Positions 1 to 13,271 of a stretch of DNA of 64,000 nucleotides are shown piece by piece. The notes beneath the pieces were generated by a model. That model saw only the letters and a list, made by a program, of their open reading frames with translations, ran no database searches and had not been told where the DNA came from. Every line of letters begins with the position of its first letter. The stretch's first letter is position 1. The translations under genes and the position numbers were made by a program. This DNA is from Mobula hypostoma (lineage: Eukaryota): contig NC_086097.1 of assembly GCF_963921235.1 (NCBI RefSeq), forward strand, positions 58,840,001 to 58,904,000, in the 5' to 3' direction.

Positions 1-217
1 CGAGAGTTGTATAACTCATCTCCTTCTACCTTAGGCCACGAACTTATCAATCACCCCCGCTGTGGACACTTTCTGGAGGTCCAAAATCCGTATGCCCCAC
101 GACTGCTGGACTAAGTGTGTAAATGTAGGAGGAGACTATGTTGAAAAATAAATGTGCTAGGTTTTCTAAAATTGACTCCTTCTATCTTAGGCCACAAACT
201 TATCAATCACCCCCCAT
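1..217 (+). mobile_element. Mariner-derived non-autonomous DNA transposon, right end (cut by window edge)
   Basis: 101-151 translates DCWTKCVNVGGDYVEK*, like the mariner transposase C-terminus. The ~40-bp terminal motif ctccttcta(c/t)cttaggccac(g/a)aacttatcaatcaccccc occurs at ~20-58 and ~176-215. Confidence 0.75.
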
Positions 218-1284
218 ATTTGCCATTGCAATAACCACTGCATCACATAAGGGTCTGCATCTGAAGATGATGAAGGTCGATCATGAGGTTATGTGTTAAT
301 TGGATGTCAAAGATGATAAAAATGTCCTCTATTTCACATCTTTTCTTTCAGATGTTCACGAGTCACCCTTTCACCTTTTATTGCTTTATTTCCAATGTCC
401 TTCACTAAATTCTAATTAAAATTTCCCCACTTCCTGCCTTCATGGAGTTTGCTATATTCTTATATTTATTGCTGCAACTATTTTATCCCTCTGACATGTT
501 CTTTTAATGTTACCCCTAAATCAGTCTCTTTGAACACCATTACATATCACCGTCCTTTAGTTGACTTTGATTACCTAGTTAACCTTTTCATAAGGTAAAA
601 TTGTAACCCTGGAAAAGACTAATGGAAACTAGATAGGATGCTGGAGTCCTTCAACTGCTTATAATTAGGTCATTTGTACATTGTTTGTCACAGAAAAAGT
701 TCTGTAAAGTCCATGCCATGGTGTTTAATTCTAATTATTGTTGATGTATTTTGAAAACAGAGCATTGAAGTGTTATCTGGTGGAAGTTTTCTAATCAACT
801 TTATGATTTCAATTATGTTTGACTTTCATTTTGGCTGCAATGTCATTTCTGTACCGTTAATGAATTGGCAGATTAACAATTGGTTTATTTGAATTGTTTA
901 TCATTGAAAAAAACATGACTTTTGTTCCTGGGTGACGATTTATGATGTAGTTCACTGGCATTTAATTTAAAAATCATTAGTTGTTCCTGCCTCATAATCA
1001 TGTCTTATCCAATAACATTTAAAATGAAAGCATTCAATTTTTAAGAAATTCAACACAGGTTGTAAAAGGCAAGTATGCTTGGTAGTTTATATTACAATTA
1101 TTAAGATGTCAATAAAGAAAAAGTTGCTTTTGCAGAACACCTTTGGATAAAGTACTTTGCAGCAAATTAAATAATTTTAAAGTATGCTGTTCTAATTTAG
1201 GAAAAGTGAAAATGGTTTTCAAACATCAAAATCCCACAAATAACTGTATGATATCGGCAATATAACATGGCGTTATTTGATGGA

Positions 1285-2210
1285 GAGGTGATCGGAAATA
1301 ACATCTCAACATTGACAATGCTGACAATTAACACTGGTGCTCCTCAAGGATACATGTTTAGCCCACTTCTCTACTCTCTCTATACCCACGATTGTGCAGG
1401 TAACACCACTTTTGCTGACAGAATTTCAGATGGTGACAAGGAGACGTACAGGAGTGAGACAGATCAGTTGGTTGAGTGGTGTCAAAACAACAACCTTGCA
1501 CTCAACATCAGTAAGACCCAGGAACTGATTGTGGACTTCAGGAAGGGCAAGTCGAAGGAACACACCCCTCCCCTCATCAAGGGGTCAGCAGTGGAAAGGG
1601 TGGAAAGCAAGTTCCTGGGTGTCAACATCTCTGAGGATCTATCCTTGCCCCAATATATTGATGCAATTACAAAGAAGGCACTACAGTAGCTATATTTCAT
1701 TCGAAGTTTGAGGAGATTTGGTTTGTCACCAAAGCTACTCATAAATTTCTGCAAATGTACTGTGGGGAACTTTCACCGTCTGGTATGGAGGGACTACTGC
1801 ACAGGATTGGGAAAAGCTGCATCATGCACACTAGCCTCCCTAGCATCAAGGACACCTTCAGAAGGCAATGCCTCACAAAGGATGCATCCATTATTAAAGA
1901 CCCATCTCATCCAGGATTTGCCCTCTTCTCATTGCTACCATCAAGGAGGAGATAACGAAGCCTCAACATTTCAGAAACAGCTACTTACCCTCTGCTATCT
2001 GATTTCTGAATGGACAATGAACCCGTGAACACTACCTCAGTATATTTCTTCATCTCTTTATGCACTACTTATTTAATTAATTTAAAAAATATATTTCTTA
2101 TTGTAATTTATGGTTTTATTATTATTATGCATTGCAATGTATGTACTGCTGCTGCAAAACAGCAAATTTCATCACCTAGGCCAGTGATATTAAACCTAAT
2201 TCTGATTCTG
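1285..2210 (+). mobile_element. Rex1/Babar-type LINE, 5'-truncated degenerate RT and 3' UTR
   Basis: Motifs NTGAPQG..SPLLYSLYTHDC, WCQNNNLALNISKTQELIVDFRK and IIKDPSHPGFALFSLLPS; tail attaaacctaattctgattctg. Confidence 0.85.
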
Positions 2211-3689
2211 GGGTGGGTGGAAAATGATGCTGGAATCACTTTGACAGGGTGGATGCAGAATAGCATTTATCCTAATGCTAGCTTTGCCTGGCAGTGCCAG
2301 TTGCTAGTGTAGACGTGGGGATGGTGGCAGTCGCTGCTGTACAGTACTCCATATTCACTCTCCTTGACCTGCTCATCTTTCAAAATGATGCCATGACATA
2401 CTCTATCCCTCTGAGAGAGCAAATAGAGCCTTTGTTTAATACCTTACTCAAAACACAGCAATTCTAATGGTGCAGTGCTCCCTTACTATCGTACCGTAGC
2501 ATCAGCCTAGATCTTGTATTATATAAGTTTTCAACGGTCTGAAAAATTTTCTGACACATAGGCAAGAACACAAAACACTGACTCTGGCATGGAGAAAATA
2601 TGCATCATGAATTCTTTAAAAGCCAGTGCAAGTACAATGTCACGTTTAATAGTGTAAAGATTCGGCTGCAGTCCCCTTCCTGAATCAGGTGTATTTAAAA
2701 TTAAATGAGCAAAATCTCAGGCCCAGTAACACAGGAGTTAAGAAACTAATATTAAGGAATATCTTTTGTCTGTCTCAATAATATAGTCTACTAGAAATAT
2801 TATTTTAAGAAGCGTCAAGTTTGAGTTTCGAGGAGCTCAGGGAAAATGATAGAATCTGCGCTGCTGCTAATTTCTGTCTCTGCATTTGACCTTAACTTGA
2901 GATGAAATCTGAGATGGCAGTATGATCAATGAGAACTGGTTCTAAGCAACACTGCTGACACAGACATAATAGCATAGATTTTTTTCTCTAAGATATGCAT
3001 AACTATGTTTCACATAGACACCCTAAATTACAAGTTTATTATTTCTTACTGCAATAGTGACAATGGTGTTGAATTCAAATGTTATTGAAAACATCGCTAT
3101 AATATTCGCATGAATGCAAAGTGAATAGAGGCATTTTATTCCCCCATGGGAAATATGAGCAATGTACTAGTTTCTTGTCTATATATAGATCCTCTTGCTT
3201 CAAATTTATATGCAGAACTGGACAATCTGTTCCAGAGCAGCTTCAGTTCATGGTTGAAGTACTGAAAATACAGCATAAATGCAGATGCTGCAAATCTAAA
3301 ATAAATGGAAAATGCTGAAAATACTCAGAAGATGAGGCAGTTTCTGTGGAGACATTACTCCACAATATAACCAGGCTCAAAAGTGATCAAAATTATCCCT
3401 AAAATCACACTTATAGCAATAGGCAAGTCATTATGTAAAACATTCTACCAGTTCTTTCTCACGTCTAACCAATGATTCTGTAGAGAACCACCTAGTCCCT
3501 CATCTGTCTGTATAGTATGGACAAACCTGTCCTGGCATTCTGCCGAACTCCTCTTTTTGCTGTGTGCGGTAGTTGCTGATTTACTTCAGCCATTAGCGTT
3601 CCCCATATTTTGAAGCTATTTCTGTAGCTTCAGATAAAGCACTCTCAGCACTGCAGTTACAAATTATAGGATAACAATCATAATTTATG

Positions 3690-4370
3690 CAGCAATACAG
3701 AAAATAAGTTTAATTGGGGAACCGCTCTGTCATGTACCTTTCCTCTGTCCGCCGCAGAAGGCAGTATCTCCCGATGGAACCCATTTCAATTTGATTTCAC
3801 ATTCCTATTCAGACATGTCTAGCCATGACCCCTTGTACTGCCGCGATGAAGCCAAAGTCAGGTTGGAGGAGTAATTCCTCATATTTCCTCTGGGTATCCT
3901 CCAACCCAAAGGCATGATCATTGATTTGTCTAACTTCCGGTAATTTCTTCCCACTCCTTCCTTCTGTCTTTTTCCAGTCTCCATTCTAGTTACCCTCTCT
4001 CCCTTTTTCTTCTCCTCACAAGCCTATCACCTCCCTGTGGTTCCTCTCCTCCTTCCCTTTCTTCCATAGTCCACTGTCTGCTCCTATTAGAATCCTTCTT
4101 CTTCAGCCCTTCATATCTTCCACTTCTGACCTCACAGCTTATTATTTAATCACTCCACTCACACCTACCAACCTGTCACCGGCCAGCGTGTACTCCTTCC
4201 CTTCCCTCACTTTCTTATTCTGGCTCTTGCCCCCTTTTTTTCCAGCCCTAATGAAGGGTTTCAGAGTGAAATACTGATGAATAAATAGTGCCTGACTTGT
4301 TCAGTTCCTCCAGCATTTTGTGTCTATTGCTCAGGATTTCCAGTGTCTGCAGAATCTCTTGTGTTTGATC
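3690..4370 (+). mobile_element. Old Penelope-like element 3' fragment (GIY-YIG C-terminus and pseudo-LTR)
   Basis: Degenerate match to 38395-39020 (ttggggaaccgc..., tctaacttccggtaa, pyrimidine-rich UTR, ccagcattttgtgt...tctgcagaatctc). Decayed hammerhead ctaatgaagggtttcagagtgaaat near 4248. Confidence 0.7.
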
Positions 4371-4624
4371 ACAACATGTTTGTTTATAGTCTTAAATTTA
4401 TGAGAAAAAGAACTGGGGCAGATCTTCAGCAGAAATCTACCCAAATCTTCAGGCAGATGAGCTCAAAACAAGGCTATTGCTATCAAAGAGTTGAGTGGAA
4501 CCTGTAATTCAACTGACTACTGCACACTAGAAACGGATGTTATGCAAACTTCTGCAATGGACAAGATCCCAGCCTAGGGTTCTGCCTGGTTAATCTGTAG
4601 CAGATTAACTTGGTGTTAATTAAT

Positions 4625-6950
4625 TGACCATAAAACCATAAGATGGAAGAGCAGAAGTAGGCCATTCAGCCCATCGAGACTGCTCTGCCATTCAATCATG
4701 GGCTGATCCAATTCTTCCAGTCATCCCCACTCCCCTGCCTACTCCCCATACCCTTTGATACCCTGGCTAATCAAGAACCTATCTATCTCTGCCTTAAATG
4801 CACACAATGACGTGGCCTCCACAGCCACTCGTGGCAACAAATTCCACAGATTTATCACCCTCTGACTAAAGTAATTTCTCCTTATCTCTGTTCCAAATGG
4901 ATGCCCTTCAATCCTGAAGTCGTGCCTTTTTGTGTGGCACCTTGGAAAGGCCTTCTGAAAATCTAAGTACACCACGTCTACTGCATCTCCTTTGTCTACC
5001 CTGCTTGTAATTTCCTCAAAAAATTGCTGTAGGTTAGTCAGGCAGGATTTTCCTTTCAGGAAACTATGCTGACTTTGGCCTATCTTGTCATGTGCCTCCA
5101 GGTACTCTGTAATATCATCCTTCGCAATCAATTCCAACAACTTCCCAACTACTGATGTCAGGCCAACAGGTCTATAGTTTCCTTTCTGCTGCCTCCCACC
5201 CTTCTTAAATAGCGGAGTAACATTTGCAATTTTCCAGTTATCTGGTAAAATGTCAGAATCTATTGATTCTTGAAAGATCATTGTTAATATCTCTGCAATC
5301 TCTCCAGGAACTGCCTTCAGTACCCAAGGGTACATTCAATCAGGTCCCGGAGATTTATCCACCTTCAGACCATTAAGCTTCCTGAGCACCTTCTGAGTTG
5401 TAATTTTCACTGCACATACTTCACTTCCCTGACACTCTTGAACGTCTGGTATACTGTAGATGTTTTCCACTGTGAAGACTGATGTAAAATACGCATTCAG
5501 TTCCTCTGCCACCTCTGCATTTCACATTACAATATCTCCAGCATCATTCTGTATTGGGCCTATATCCACCCTCAACTCTCTTTTGCCCTTCATATACTTA
5601 AAAATGCTTTTAGTATTTTCCTTGATATTAGTCACCAGCTTCCTTTCAAAATTCATCTTTTCCTTCCTAATGACCTTCTTAGTTTCCTTCTGCAAGTTTT
5701 TAAAAGCTTCTCAATCCTCTATCTTCCACTAGCTTTGTCCTCCTTGTATACCCTCTCTTTTCCTTTTACTCTGGCTCTGACTTCACTTGTCAGCCACAGT
5801 AGTGTCCTTCTTCCATTTGAAAATTTCTTCTTATTTGGAATATATCTGTCTTGCTCTTCCCTCATTTTTTGCAGAAACTCCAGCCATTGCTGCTCTGCTG
5901 CCTTTCCCGCTAGTGTCCCTTTCCAGTGAACTTTGGCCAGTTCCCCTCTCCTGCCATTTGTAATTTCCTTTATTCCATTGAAATACCGACACATTGGAAT
6001 TCAGTTTCTCCTTCTCAAATTTCAAAGTGAACTCGATCATATTGTGATCACTGTTCCCTAAGGTTTTCCCAATCCACTTTCATGTTAAAATCCCCAATGA
6101 CTATCATGACATTGCCCTTCTGACACATCTTTTCTATCTCCTGCTGTAATTCATAATCCACAGCCTGGCCTGGAGGCCTGTATACAACTGCCATTAGGGT
6201 CCTTTTACCCTTGCCATTTCTTAACTCAACCCATAGAGAATCTACACCTTCCAATCCTATGTCATCTCTTTCTGATGATTTAATATTATTTCTTATACAC
6301 AGGGTCACAGCACTCCTTCTGCCTACTAACCTACCTTTCTGATACATCGTATATCCTTGGATGTTCAGCTTCCAATGGCAGCCATCCTTTAGCCAAGTTT
6401 CAGAGATGGCCATAATGTCATATTTGCCAATATGTAGCTGAATTTGAAGATTATCCATTTTATTTCTTATGCTGTGTGCATTCAAATACAACACTCTCAG
6501 TCCAGTATTTGTTGTTTTCTGTTTTAACTGCAACAAACTCCTATTGCTGTGTAACTCATCCCACTGGCTCTGATTATGCCTCATCTCCTGCTTGTCCTTT
6601 CTATCATCTCTGTTGCATGCCATCTTTGATTTATTTCTGTTTTCCCCTATCACTCCGGTGCCCATCCCCCTGCCAAATTAGTTTAAATCCTCCCTCACAA
6701 CTCTATTAAGGCAGCCTGCCAGGATATTGGACTCCTTTGGGTTCAGGTGTAAGCCCTCCTTTTTGTACAGGTCGTACCTCCCCCAGAAGAGGCCTCAATG
6801 ATCCAGGAATCTGAAGCCCTGCCCCCTACACCAATCTCTCAGCCACGCATTAGTATGCCTGATCATGCTATTCTTGTGCTTGCAATCCTGAGATTACTAC
6901 CCTGGAGGTCCTGCTTTTCAGCTTCCTTCTTAAGTCCCTGAATTCTCTCT
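4625..6950 (-). mobile_element. CR1 LINE, degenerate, with internal deletion of most of the RT (junction near 4935)
   Basis: EN motifs LYLNAHSIRNK, YDIMAISETWL, VVYRPP, GDFN. RT motifs [13 protein letters not shown] and VYLDFQKAF jump directly to the 3'-end motif FSQRVINLWNLLP. 3' tail near 4625. Confidence 0.9.
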
Positions 6951-6964
6951 TCAGTACCTCATGT

Positions 6965-7410
6965 GTGCAGCAAAGCACCAATAAAGACACAGACTTGCAG
7001 TACCCCAGACTACTCGTTCACCGGGTAATTTGGCATACCACAGTCTCTCTCTCTCCCTAATCATGGAAAATAAGGTGACCCGTTTCACAGCGAGAGGGGA
7101 GACATAACAAACAACTCGCTGATTTACGATGTTAAAAGTCTGTTGCATGGCTTTTTTCCGAGCTCTGCGTCTGGAGAGTCAGCTCCAAAAAGGCGCAGCT
7201 CTCTGGACACACAGACCACTATCCTGCTGCTCCCAATGTTCCGTGTTCTTCCACGACACCTCAGTCAGGGGCACCAGCCTTGAAACAGCCCGTCTCCAGA
7301 GCCACGGAAATCTGGCACTCTGACGGTGCACTTGTCTTCCAGGCCGCGTCCTTGGGATATCAAAATGAGACCGGGTCCCATTCCCGCAAAGAACCGAAGT
7401 CAGAACGTAA
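6965..7410 (-). mobile_element. Non-coding retroposon family A, internal fragment
   Basis: Shares blocks (cacagacttgcagtacccca, gggtcccattcccgcaaagaaccgaagtcag) with 48731-49505 and with the reverse complement of 18441-19212. Confidence 0.75.
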
Positions 7411-7479
7411 GCTTATGCCTTACTAAATATCATTAAATCCTTGAGTAGGTAACGAGGAGGACTAATAAGGGGAGCATAA

Positions 7480-8190
7480 TTATTGCAGTGCACAGATATT
7501 AGGTTAAGTCTAAGGTAAAATAACACTTGGCAGGCCAATCCAAGGGATATGAATGAAAGCGCCAAGTTGAATCCAAGATGGCTCAGTGGCACGAATCAAA
7601 AGACAATAGTTGTGGGGTGCTTCAATGATTGCAATGTTGTCTGTAATGGAAGGCTACAGGATTGAGTGTTGAACCTTTGCTTATTGTTTTAACCTTAAAT
7701 GTGGGGGGGGGGGAAATTGATTTAAAAAAACGGATATATGCAGTGATTGCAGAAAGGTATCAGTGAACTGATAGGCTGGGAAGAAGTGTGGCAAATGTAT
7801 TTACGTCTAGGGAAGTGTGAGGTAAACCTTTTAAGGAATACAAACCAACTTTCATACCTATTACATTTAAAATGCTGGGAAAGATTGACTAGAGATAAAA
7901 TGTCCACAGAGTTCTGAAAATATAAAGACAGGTAAATTGGTTTAAAATAGGCCTAAAGATGAAAGCCTTAGGTTTTTCATACTGCAGCTGTAGAAATACA
8001 ATATGAAGATTGTTCCATAATATTTCTACAAGCAGAGAACCTGGCTTGGAATTCTCAATTTCTGTTAAAAATAGATGTTCAAAAGTGATGGAAAAATCAG
8101 TTGGGCAGTTTCTAATGTTTATCCTCTGTAGACAGAGATTGAGCATTTGCAACGATCTCTTCACAAATATCTAAGCTGTTATGAGGTATG
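7480..8190 (+). mobile_element. Very old CR1-like RT/3' remnant
   Basis: Faint CR1-like nucleotide motifs (ggcaaatgtattt...gggaagtgtgaggta, acttggaa...caatttctg); no intact ORF. Confidence 0.4.
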
Positions 8191-10129
8191 AGGTAGTAGT
8201 TGCAGAAAAATACTGTAAATTGGCAGCATTCTGTTTTTCCAGCAATTTGTAGAGTTGAATGTAATATATTAAAACTGTGCTGGTGCTTTTGTTTGTGATT
8301 TTTTTTTGCAACAATTGTGATACTTGTAGGGCAATTGTTAGTGAGGAATGCCATGCAATGATGTGAAGGCTAAAAAGATACAGTCAAAGCAGTAAGGGTC
8401 AAAGTTGCCAGTGACCACTTGATTAAGGTGATGGTGACTGAGGAGACAACAATGGGGGGGGGGCGGGGGGAACGTACTGGAGCAATGTTATTGGAACTAT
8501 GTGTACAATACAAAGGTTAGGTTTGATTTGATAACTATGCCAGCAATAGGGAAATAATACATTTCAGAAAGGAAGCTAAGTAGATTTGTGGAGTTGGGTG
8601 ACAGGAAATGAGATGAGGAATATGGCTAAAGAATGGGGGATTCATTTGGGTGAACAGCAGATACAGAAGAAGGTCAACGTTTTAATTCAATATGATCAGC
8701 AGAATATGAGGCTGAACAATGGAAGGGCAAAGTTATTTGAACTTTAAGCACGGTTAGTAAAAGGACTAATGAATAATAAGGTGACATGGCAAGGGTTCTC
8801 TTTAAGTGGTATGCATCTTTCAGCATCAGAAAGGTGGTCAATATTTTTAACCAAGGTTAATTAGTTATTATTGTTTCAGTAAATTTGCTGTCTTGCAGCA
8901 AAGAACATTATGCTTCCACAGTATACTTCAAAAGAATAATAATAATTAGCAGGAATTAGACTTTATGTTCCAGTCTCCTCATTAGTGTACCATGGGATAT
9001 CTCAAAATTCTATTCGACAACAAATAGCCACAGCTATGTTGCTCCTATATCACACATCCATATTTACCAATATAACAGGAGGCATTGCCCTCTAAAACAT
9101 AAAAGATAACATTTTCCTTTGTCCTCACTCACCAGAATTGCTCATTGTGGGATCTCACAAACACAATTCATTCTTCCCCATTCATTTTGATCGACTGAAA
9201 ATGAAGGACTGTAATTACTATCTACAAGCTGATGAATGAGGCTCCACACCGGTGGCATAGAACTGGAAAATTTACACAATAATTTGCAGTATGAGGTACT
9301 TTGAACATCACTGATTTAATATAAACATAAACCACTGCTTATAACAGCACTTAGCATATTCTAATCAGAAGAAACAAGTACAATGTGCACAATATTATGT
9401 GGTGACTATAGCTACATTTCGTGCTGAAAATAGTTCAAGATCTTCAAGCACTTGTAACATTGATTACATTGCATTGAAGAAGGTTAATTGTAAGATCTTA
9501 TATAAAACCTTTCAAGACTCAGTACTCGAAACAAGACTTTTACTGTAGGTCCTACTATCAAAATATCAGTAATAATAGGAGCCTTCACAATAGGACATCA
9601 TGTGTAACTTATGTTTCATTTAAGAGTACCTACCTCATTCAAGGAGGTAAGTGCAGCTTTATGTGCCCTCTTGGTTATGGACAGCAATAGCAGGACTGCC
9701 AAGGAGAAATGAAAAAGGAATGGGTGGGGGGGGGGGTTGTTTCATCACAGAAAATTATTGAACCGTGGAATTGTACAAATGAACAGCTTGATCTTAAATG
9801 GCATACTTGTTTATCTCAGCTTCATTGGCTGAGATTTTCTTTTACATAGGTGGCATCACCAATATCTCTTTAATAACAAATTCTTGAAAGATTGTGCAAT
9901 ATCCTTGCATCCTTAAATATGACAGGATATCTCTTGTGGATTGTACTGAGACCATCTACTTCATCTCTACAGAATTCCGCCTGGAGCAACTGAATTCCCG
10001 CCTAATCTCCTGCCAGATGATCCAAAGGTTTTGGAATTCAGTAACATCTGAGGCTTTCGCAGACCTTCATCTCCTTACTGAAGTCTGAAGTTTGAGATAT
10101 TGGGTGGAGTTCATGGAACATGACTTGTG

Positions 10130-13100
10130 CAAGGATAATTGGGACCTCTTCTGGGGCAGGTGGGACCTGTACAAGAGAGACGGGTTACACTTGAACCACA
10201 GGGGGACCAATATCCTTTCAGGGAGGTTTGTTAGTGCTGTTGGAGAGGCTTTAAACTAGATTTGCAGGGGGATGGGAACCAGAGTGCCAGAGCTGACAGT
10301 GTGGCTGGGGTGAAAATAAATGATGTTGAAAGTTTAAGCAAATCCTCTGATAGAAAGGTTGTGAGTGGTGGTAAAAATCTTCTGAGGTGTATATATTTCA
10401 ATGCTAGGAGTATTGCGGGGAAGGCGGATGAGTTGAGGGCGTGGATTGACACGTGGAATTATGATGTTGTAGCAATTAGTGAAACTTGGCTACAGGAGGG
10501 GCAGGACTGGCAGCTTAATAATCCAGGGTTCCGATGTTTCAGATGTGATCGAGGCAGAGGAATGAAAGGTGGGGGAGTAGCATTGCTTGTTAGGGAAAAT
10601 ATTACAGCAGTGCTCAGGCAGGACAGATTAGAGGGCTTGTCTACTGAGTCCTTATGGGTGGAGCTGAGAAACAGGAAAGGTATGACCACATTAGTGGGAT
10701 TGTATTACAGACCACCCAATAGTCAACGAGACTTGGAAGAGCAAATCTGCAGAGAGATAGCAGGCAACTGCAGGAAACATAATGTTGTGGTGGTAGGGGA
10801 TTTTAATTTTCCATACATTGATTGGGACTCCCATACTGTTAGGGGTCTAGATGGTTTAGAGTTTGTAAAATGTGTTCAGGAAAGTTTTCTAAATCAATAT
10901 ACAGAGGGACCAACTAGAGGGGATGCAATATTGGATCTCCTGTTAGGAAACGAATTAGGGCAAGTGACAGAAGTCTGTGTTGGGGAGCACTTTGGTTCCA
11001 GTGATCATAACACCATTAGTTTCAATTTGATCATGGACAAGGATAGATCTGGTCCTAGGGTTGAGGTTCTGAACTGGAAGAAGGCCAAATTTGAAGAAAT
11101 GAGAAAGAATCTAAAAAGCGTGGATTGGGACAGCTTGTTCTCTGGCAAAGATGTGATTGGTAGGTGGGAAGCCTTCAAAGGGGAAATTTTGAGAGTGCAG
11201 AGTTTGAATGTTCCTGTCAGGATTAAAGACAAGTTGAATAGGAATAAGGAACCTTGGTTCTCAAGGGATATTGCAACTCTGATAAAGAAGAAGAGGGAGT
11301 TGTATGAAATGTATAGGAAACAGGGGGTAAATCAGGTGCTTGAGGAGTATAAGAAGTGCAAGAAAATACTTAAGAAAGAAATCAGGAGGACTAAAAGAAG
11401 ACATGAGGTTGCCTTGGCAGTCAAAGTGAAGGATAATCCAAAAAGCTTTTACAAGTATATTAAGAGCAAAAGGATTGTAAGGGATAAAATTGGTCCTCTT
11501 GAAGATCAGAGTGGTCGGCTTTGTGCGGAACCAAAGGAAATGGGGGAGATCTTAAATAGGTTTTTTGCGTCTGTATTTACTAAGGAAGCTGGCATGAAAT
11601 CTATGAAATTGAGGGAATCAAGTAGTGAGACCATGGAAACTGTACAGATTGAAAAGGAGGAGGTGCTTGCTGTCTTGAGGAAAATTAAAGTGGATAAATC
11701 CCTGGGACCTGACAGAGTGTTCCCTCGGACCTTGAAGGAGACTAGTGTTGAAATTGCAGGGGCCCTGGCAGAAATATTTAAAATGTCGCTGTCTACGGGT
11801 GAAGTGCCGGAGGATTGGAGAGTGGCTCATGTTGTTCCGTTGTTTAAAAAAGGATCGAAAAGTAATCCGGGAAATTATAGGCCGGTGAGTTTAATGTCAG
11901 TAGTAGGTAAATTATTGGAGGGAGTACTAAGAGACAGAATCTACAAGCATTTGGATAGACAGGGGCTTATTAGGGAGAGTCAACATGGCTTTGTGCGTGG
12001 TAGGTCATGTTTGACCAATCTGTTGGAGTTTTTCGAGGAGGTTACCAGGAAAGTGGATGAAGGGAAGGCAGTGGATATTGTCTACATGGACTTCAGTAAG
12101 GCCCTTGACAAGGTCCCGCATGGGAGGTTAGTTAGGAAAATTCAGTCGCTGGGTATACATGGAGAGGTGGTAAATTGGATTAGACATTGGCTCGATGGAA
12201 GAAGCCAGGGAGTGGTGGCAGAGAATTGCTTCTCTGAGTGGAGGCCTGTGACTAGTGGTGTGCCACAGGGATCAGTGCTGGGTCCATTGTTATTTGTCAT
12301 CTATATCAATGATCTGGATGATAATGTGGTAAATTGGATCAGCAAGTTTGCTGATGATACAAGGATTGGAGGTGTAGTAGACAGTGAGGAAGGTTTTCAG
12401 AGCCTGCAGAGGGACTTGGACCAGCTGGAAAAATGGGCTGAAAAATGGCAGATGGAGTTTAATACTGACAAGTGTGAGGTATTGCACATTGGAAGGACAA
12501 ACCAAGGTAGAACATACAGGGTTAATGGTAAGGCACTGAGGAGTGCAGTGGAACAGAGGGATCTGGGAATACAGATACAAAATTCCCTAAAAGTGTCGTC
12601 ACAGGTAGATAGGGTCGTAAAGAGAGCTTTTGGTGCATTGGCCTTTATTAATCGAAGTATTGAGTATAAGAGCTGGAATGTTATGATGAGGTTGTATAAG
12701 GCATTGGTGAGGCCGAATCTGGAGTATTGTGTTCAGTTTTTGTCACCAAATTACAGGAAGGATATAAATAAGGTTGAAAGAGTGCAGAGAAGGTTTACAA
12801 GGATGTTGCTGGGACTTGAGAAACTCAGTTGCAGAGAAAGGTTGAATAGGTTAGGACTTTATTCCCTGGAGCGTAGAAGAATGAGGGGAGATTTGATAGA
12901 GGTATATAAAATTATGATGGGTATAGATAAAGTGAATGCAAGCAGGCTTTTTCCACTGAGGCAAGGGGAGAAAAAAACCAGAGGACATGGGTTAAGGGTG
13001 AGGGGGGAAAAGTTTAAAGGGAGCATTGGGGGGGCTTCTTCACACAGAGAGTGGTGGGAGTATGGAATGAGCTGCCAGACAAGGTGGTAAATGCGGGTTC

Positions 13101-13271
13101 TTCTTTAATATTTAAGAATAAATTGGACAGATACATGGATGGGAGGTGTATGGAGGGATATGGTCCGTGTGCAGGTCAGTGGGTCTAGGCAGAAAATGGT
13201 TCGGCACAGCCAAGAAGGGTCAAAGGGCCTGTTTCTGTGCTGTAGTTTCTATGGTTCTATGGTTCTATGGT
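10130..13271 (+). mobile_element. Young CR1 LINE, 5'-truncated inside ORF1
   Basis: ORF1 esterase tail ...LYKRDGLHLNHRGTNILSGRF...ALN* ends ~10259, then ORF2; 3' tail (ttctatgg)n ends ~13271. Confidence 0.95.
10262..13090 (+). CDS. CR1 ORF2: APE endonuclease plus reverse transcriptase, near-intact, frameshifted near the C-terminus
   Basis: 942-aa ORF with YFNARSI, ISETWL, YYRPPN, GDFN, SDHN (EN) and [20 protein letters not shown] (RT). The FFTQRVV motif falls out of frame at the G-run near 13030. Confidence 0.92.
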   Translation: MQGDGNQSARADSVAGVKINDVESLSKSSDRKVVSGGKNLLRCIYFNARSIAGKADELRAWIDTWNYDVVAISETWLQEGQDWQLNNPGFRCFRCDRGRGMKGGGVALLVRENITAVLRQDRLEGLSTESLWVELRNRKGMTTLVGLYYRPPNSQRDLEEQICREIAGNCRKHNVVVVGDFNFPYIDWDSHTVRGLDGLEFVKCVQESFLNQYTEGPTRGDAILDLLLGNELGQVTEVCVGEHFGSSDHNTISFNLIMDKDRSGPRVEVLNWKKAKFEEMRKNLKSVDWDSLFSGKDVIGRWEAFKGEILRVQSLNVPVRIKDKLNRNKEPWFSRDIATLIKKKRELYEMYRKQGVNQVLEEYKKCKKILKKEIRRTKRRHEVALAVKVKDNPKSFYKYIKSKRIVRDKIGPLEDQSGRLCAEPKEMGEILNRFFASVFTKEAGMKSMKLRESSSETMETVQIEKEEVLAVLRKIKVDKSLGPDRVFPRTLKETSVEIAGALAEIFKMSLSTGEVPEDWRVAHVVPLFKKGSKSNPGNYRPVSLMSVVGKLLEGVLRDRIYKHLDRQGLIRESQHGFVRGRSCLTNLLEFFEEVTRKVDEGKAVDIVYMDFSKALDKVPHGRLVRKIQSLGIHGEVVNWIRHWLDGRSQGVVAENCFSEWRPVTSGVPQGSVLGPLLFVIYINDLDDNVVNWISKFADDTRIGGVVDSEEGFQSLQRDLDQLEKWAEKWQMEFNTDKCEVLHIGRTNQGRTYRVNGKALRSAVEQRDLGIQIQNSLKVSSQVDRVVKRAFGALAFINRSIEYKSWNVMMRLYKALVRPNLEYCVQFLSPNYRKDINKVERVQRRFTRMLLGLEKLSCRERLNRLGLYSLERRRMRGDLIEVYKIMMGIDKVNASRLFPLRQGEKKTRGHGLRVRGEKFKGSIGGASSHREWWEYGMSCQTRW

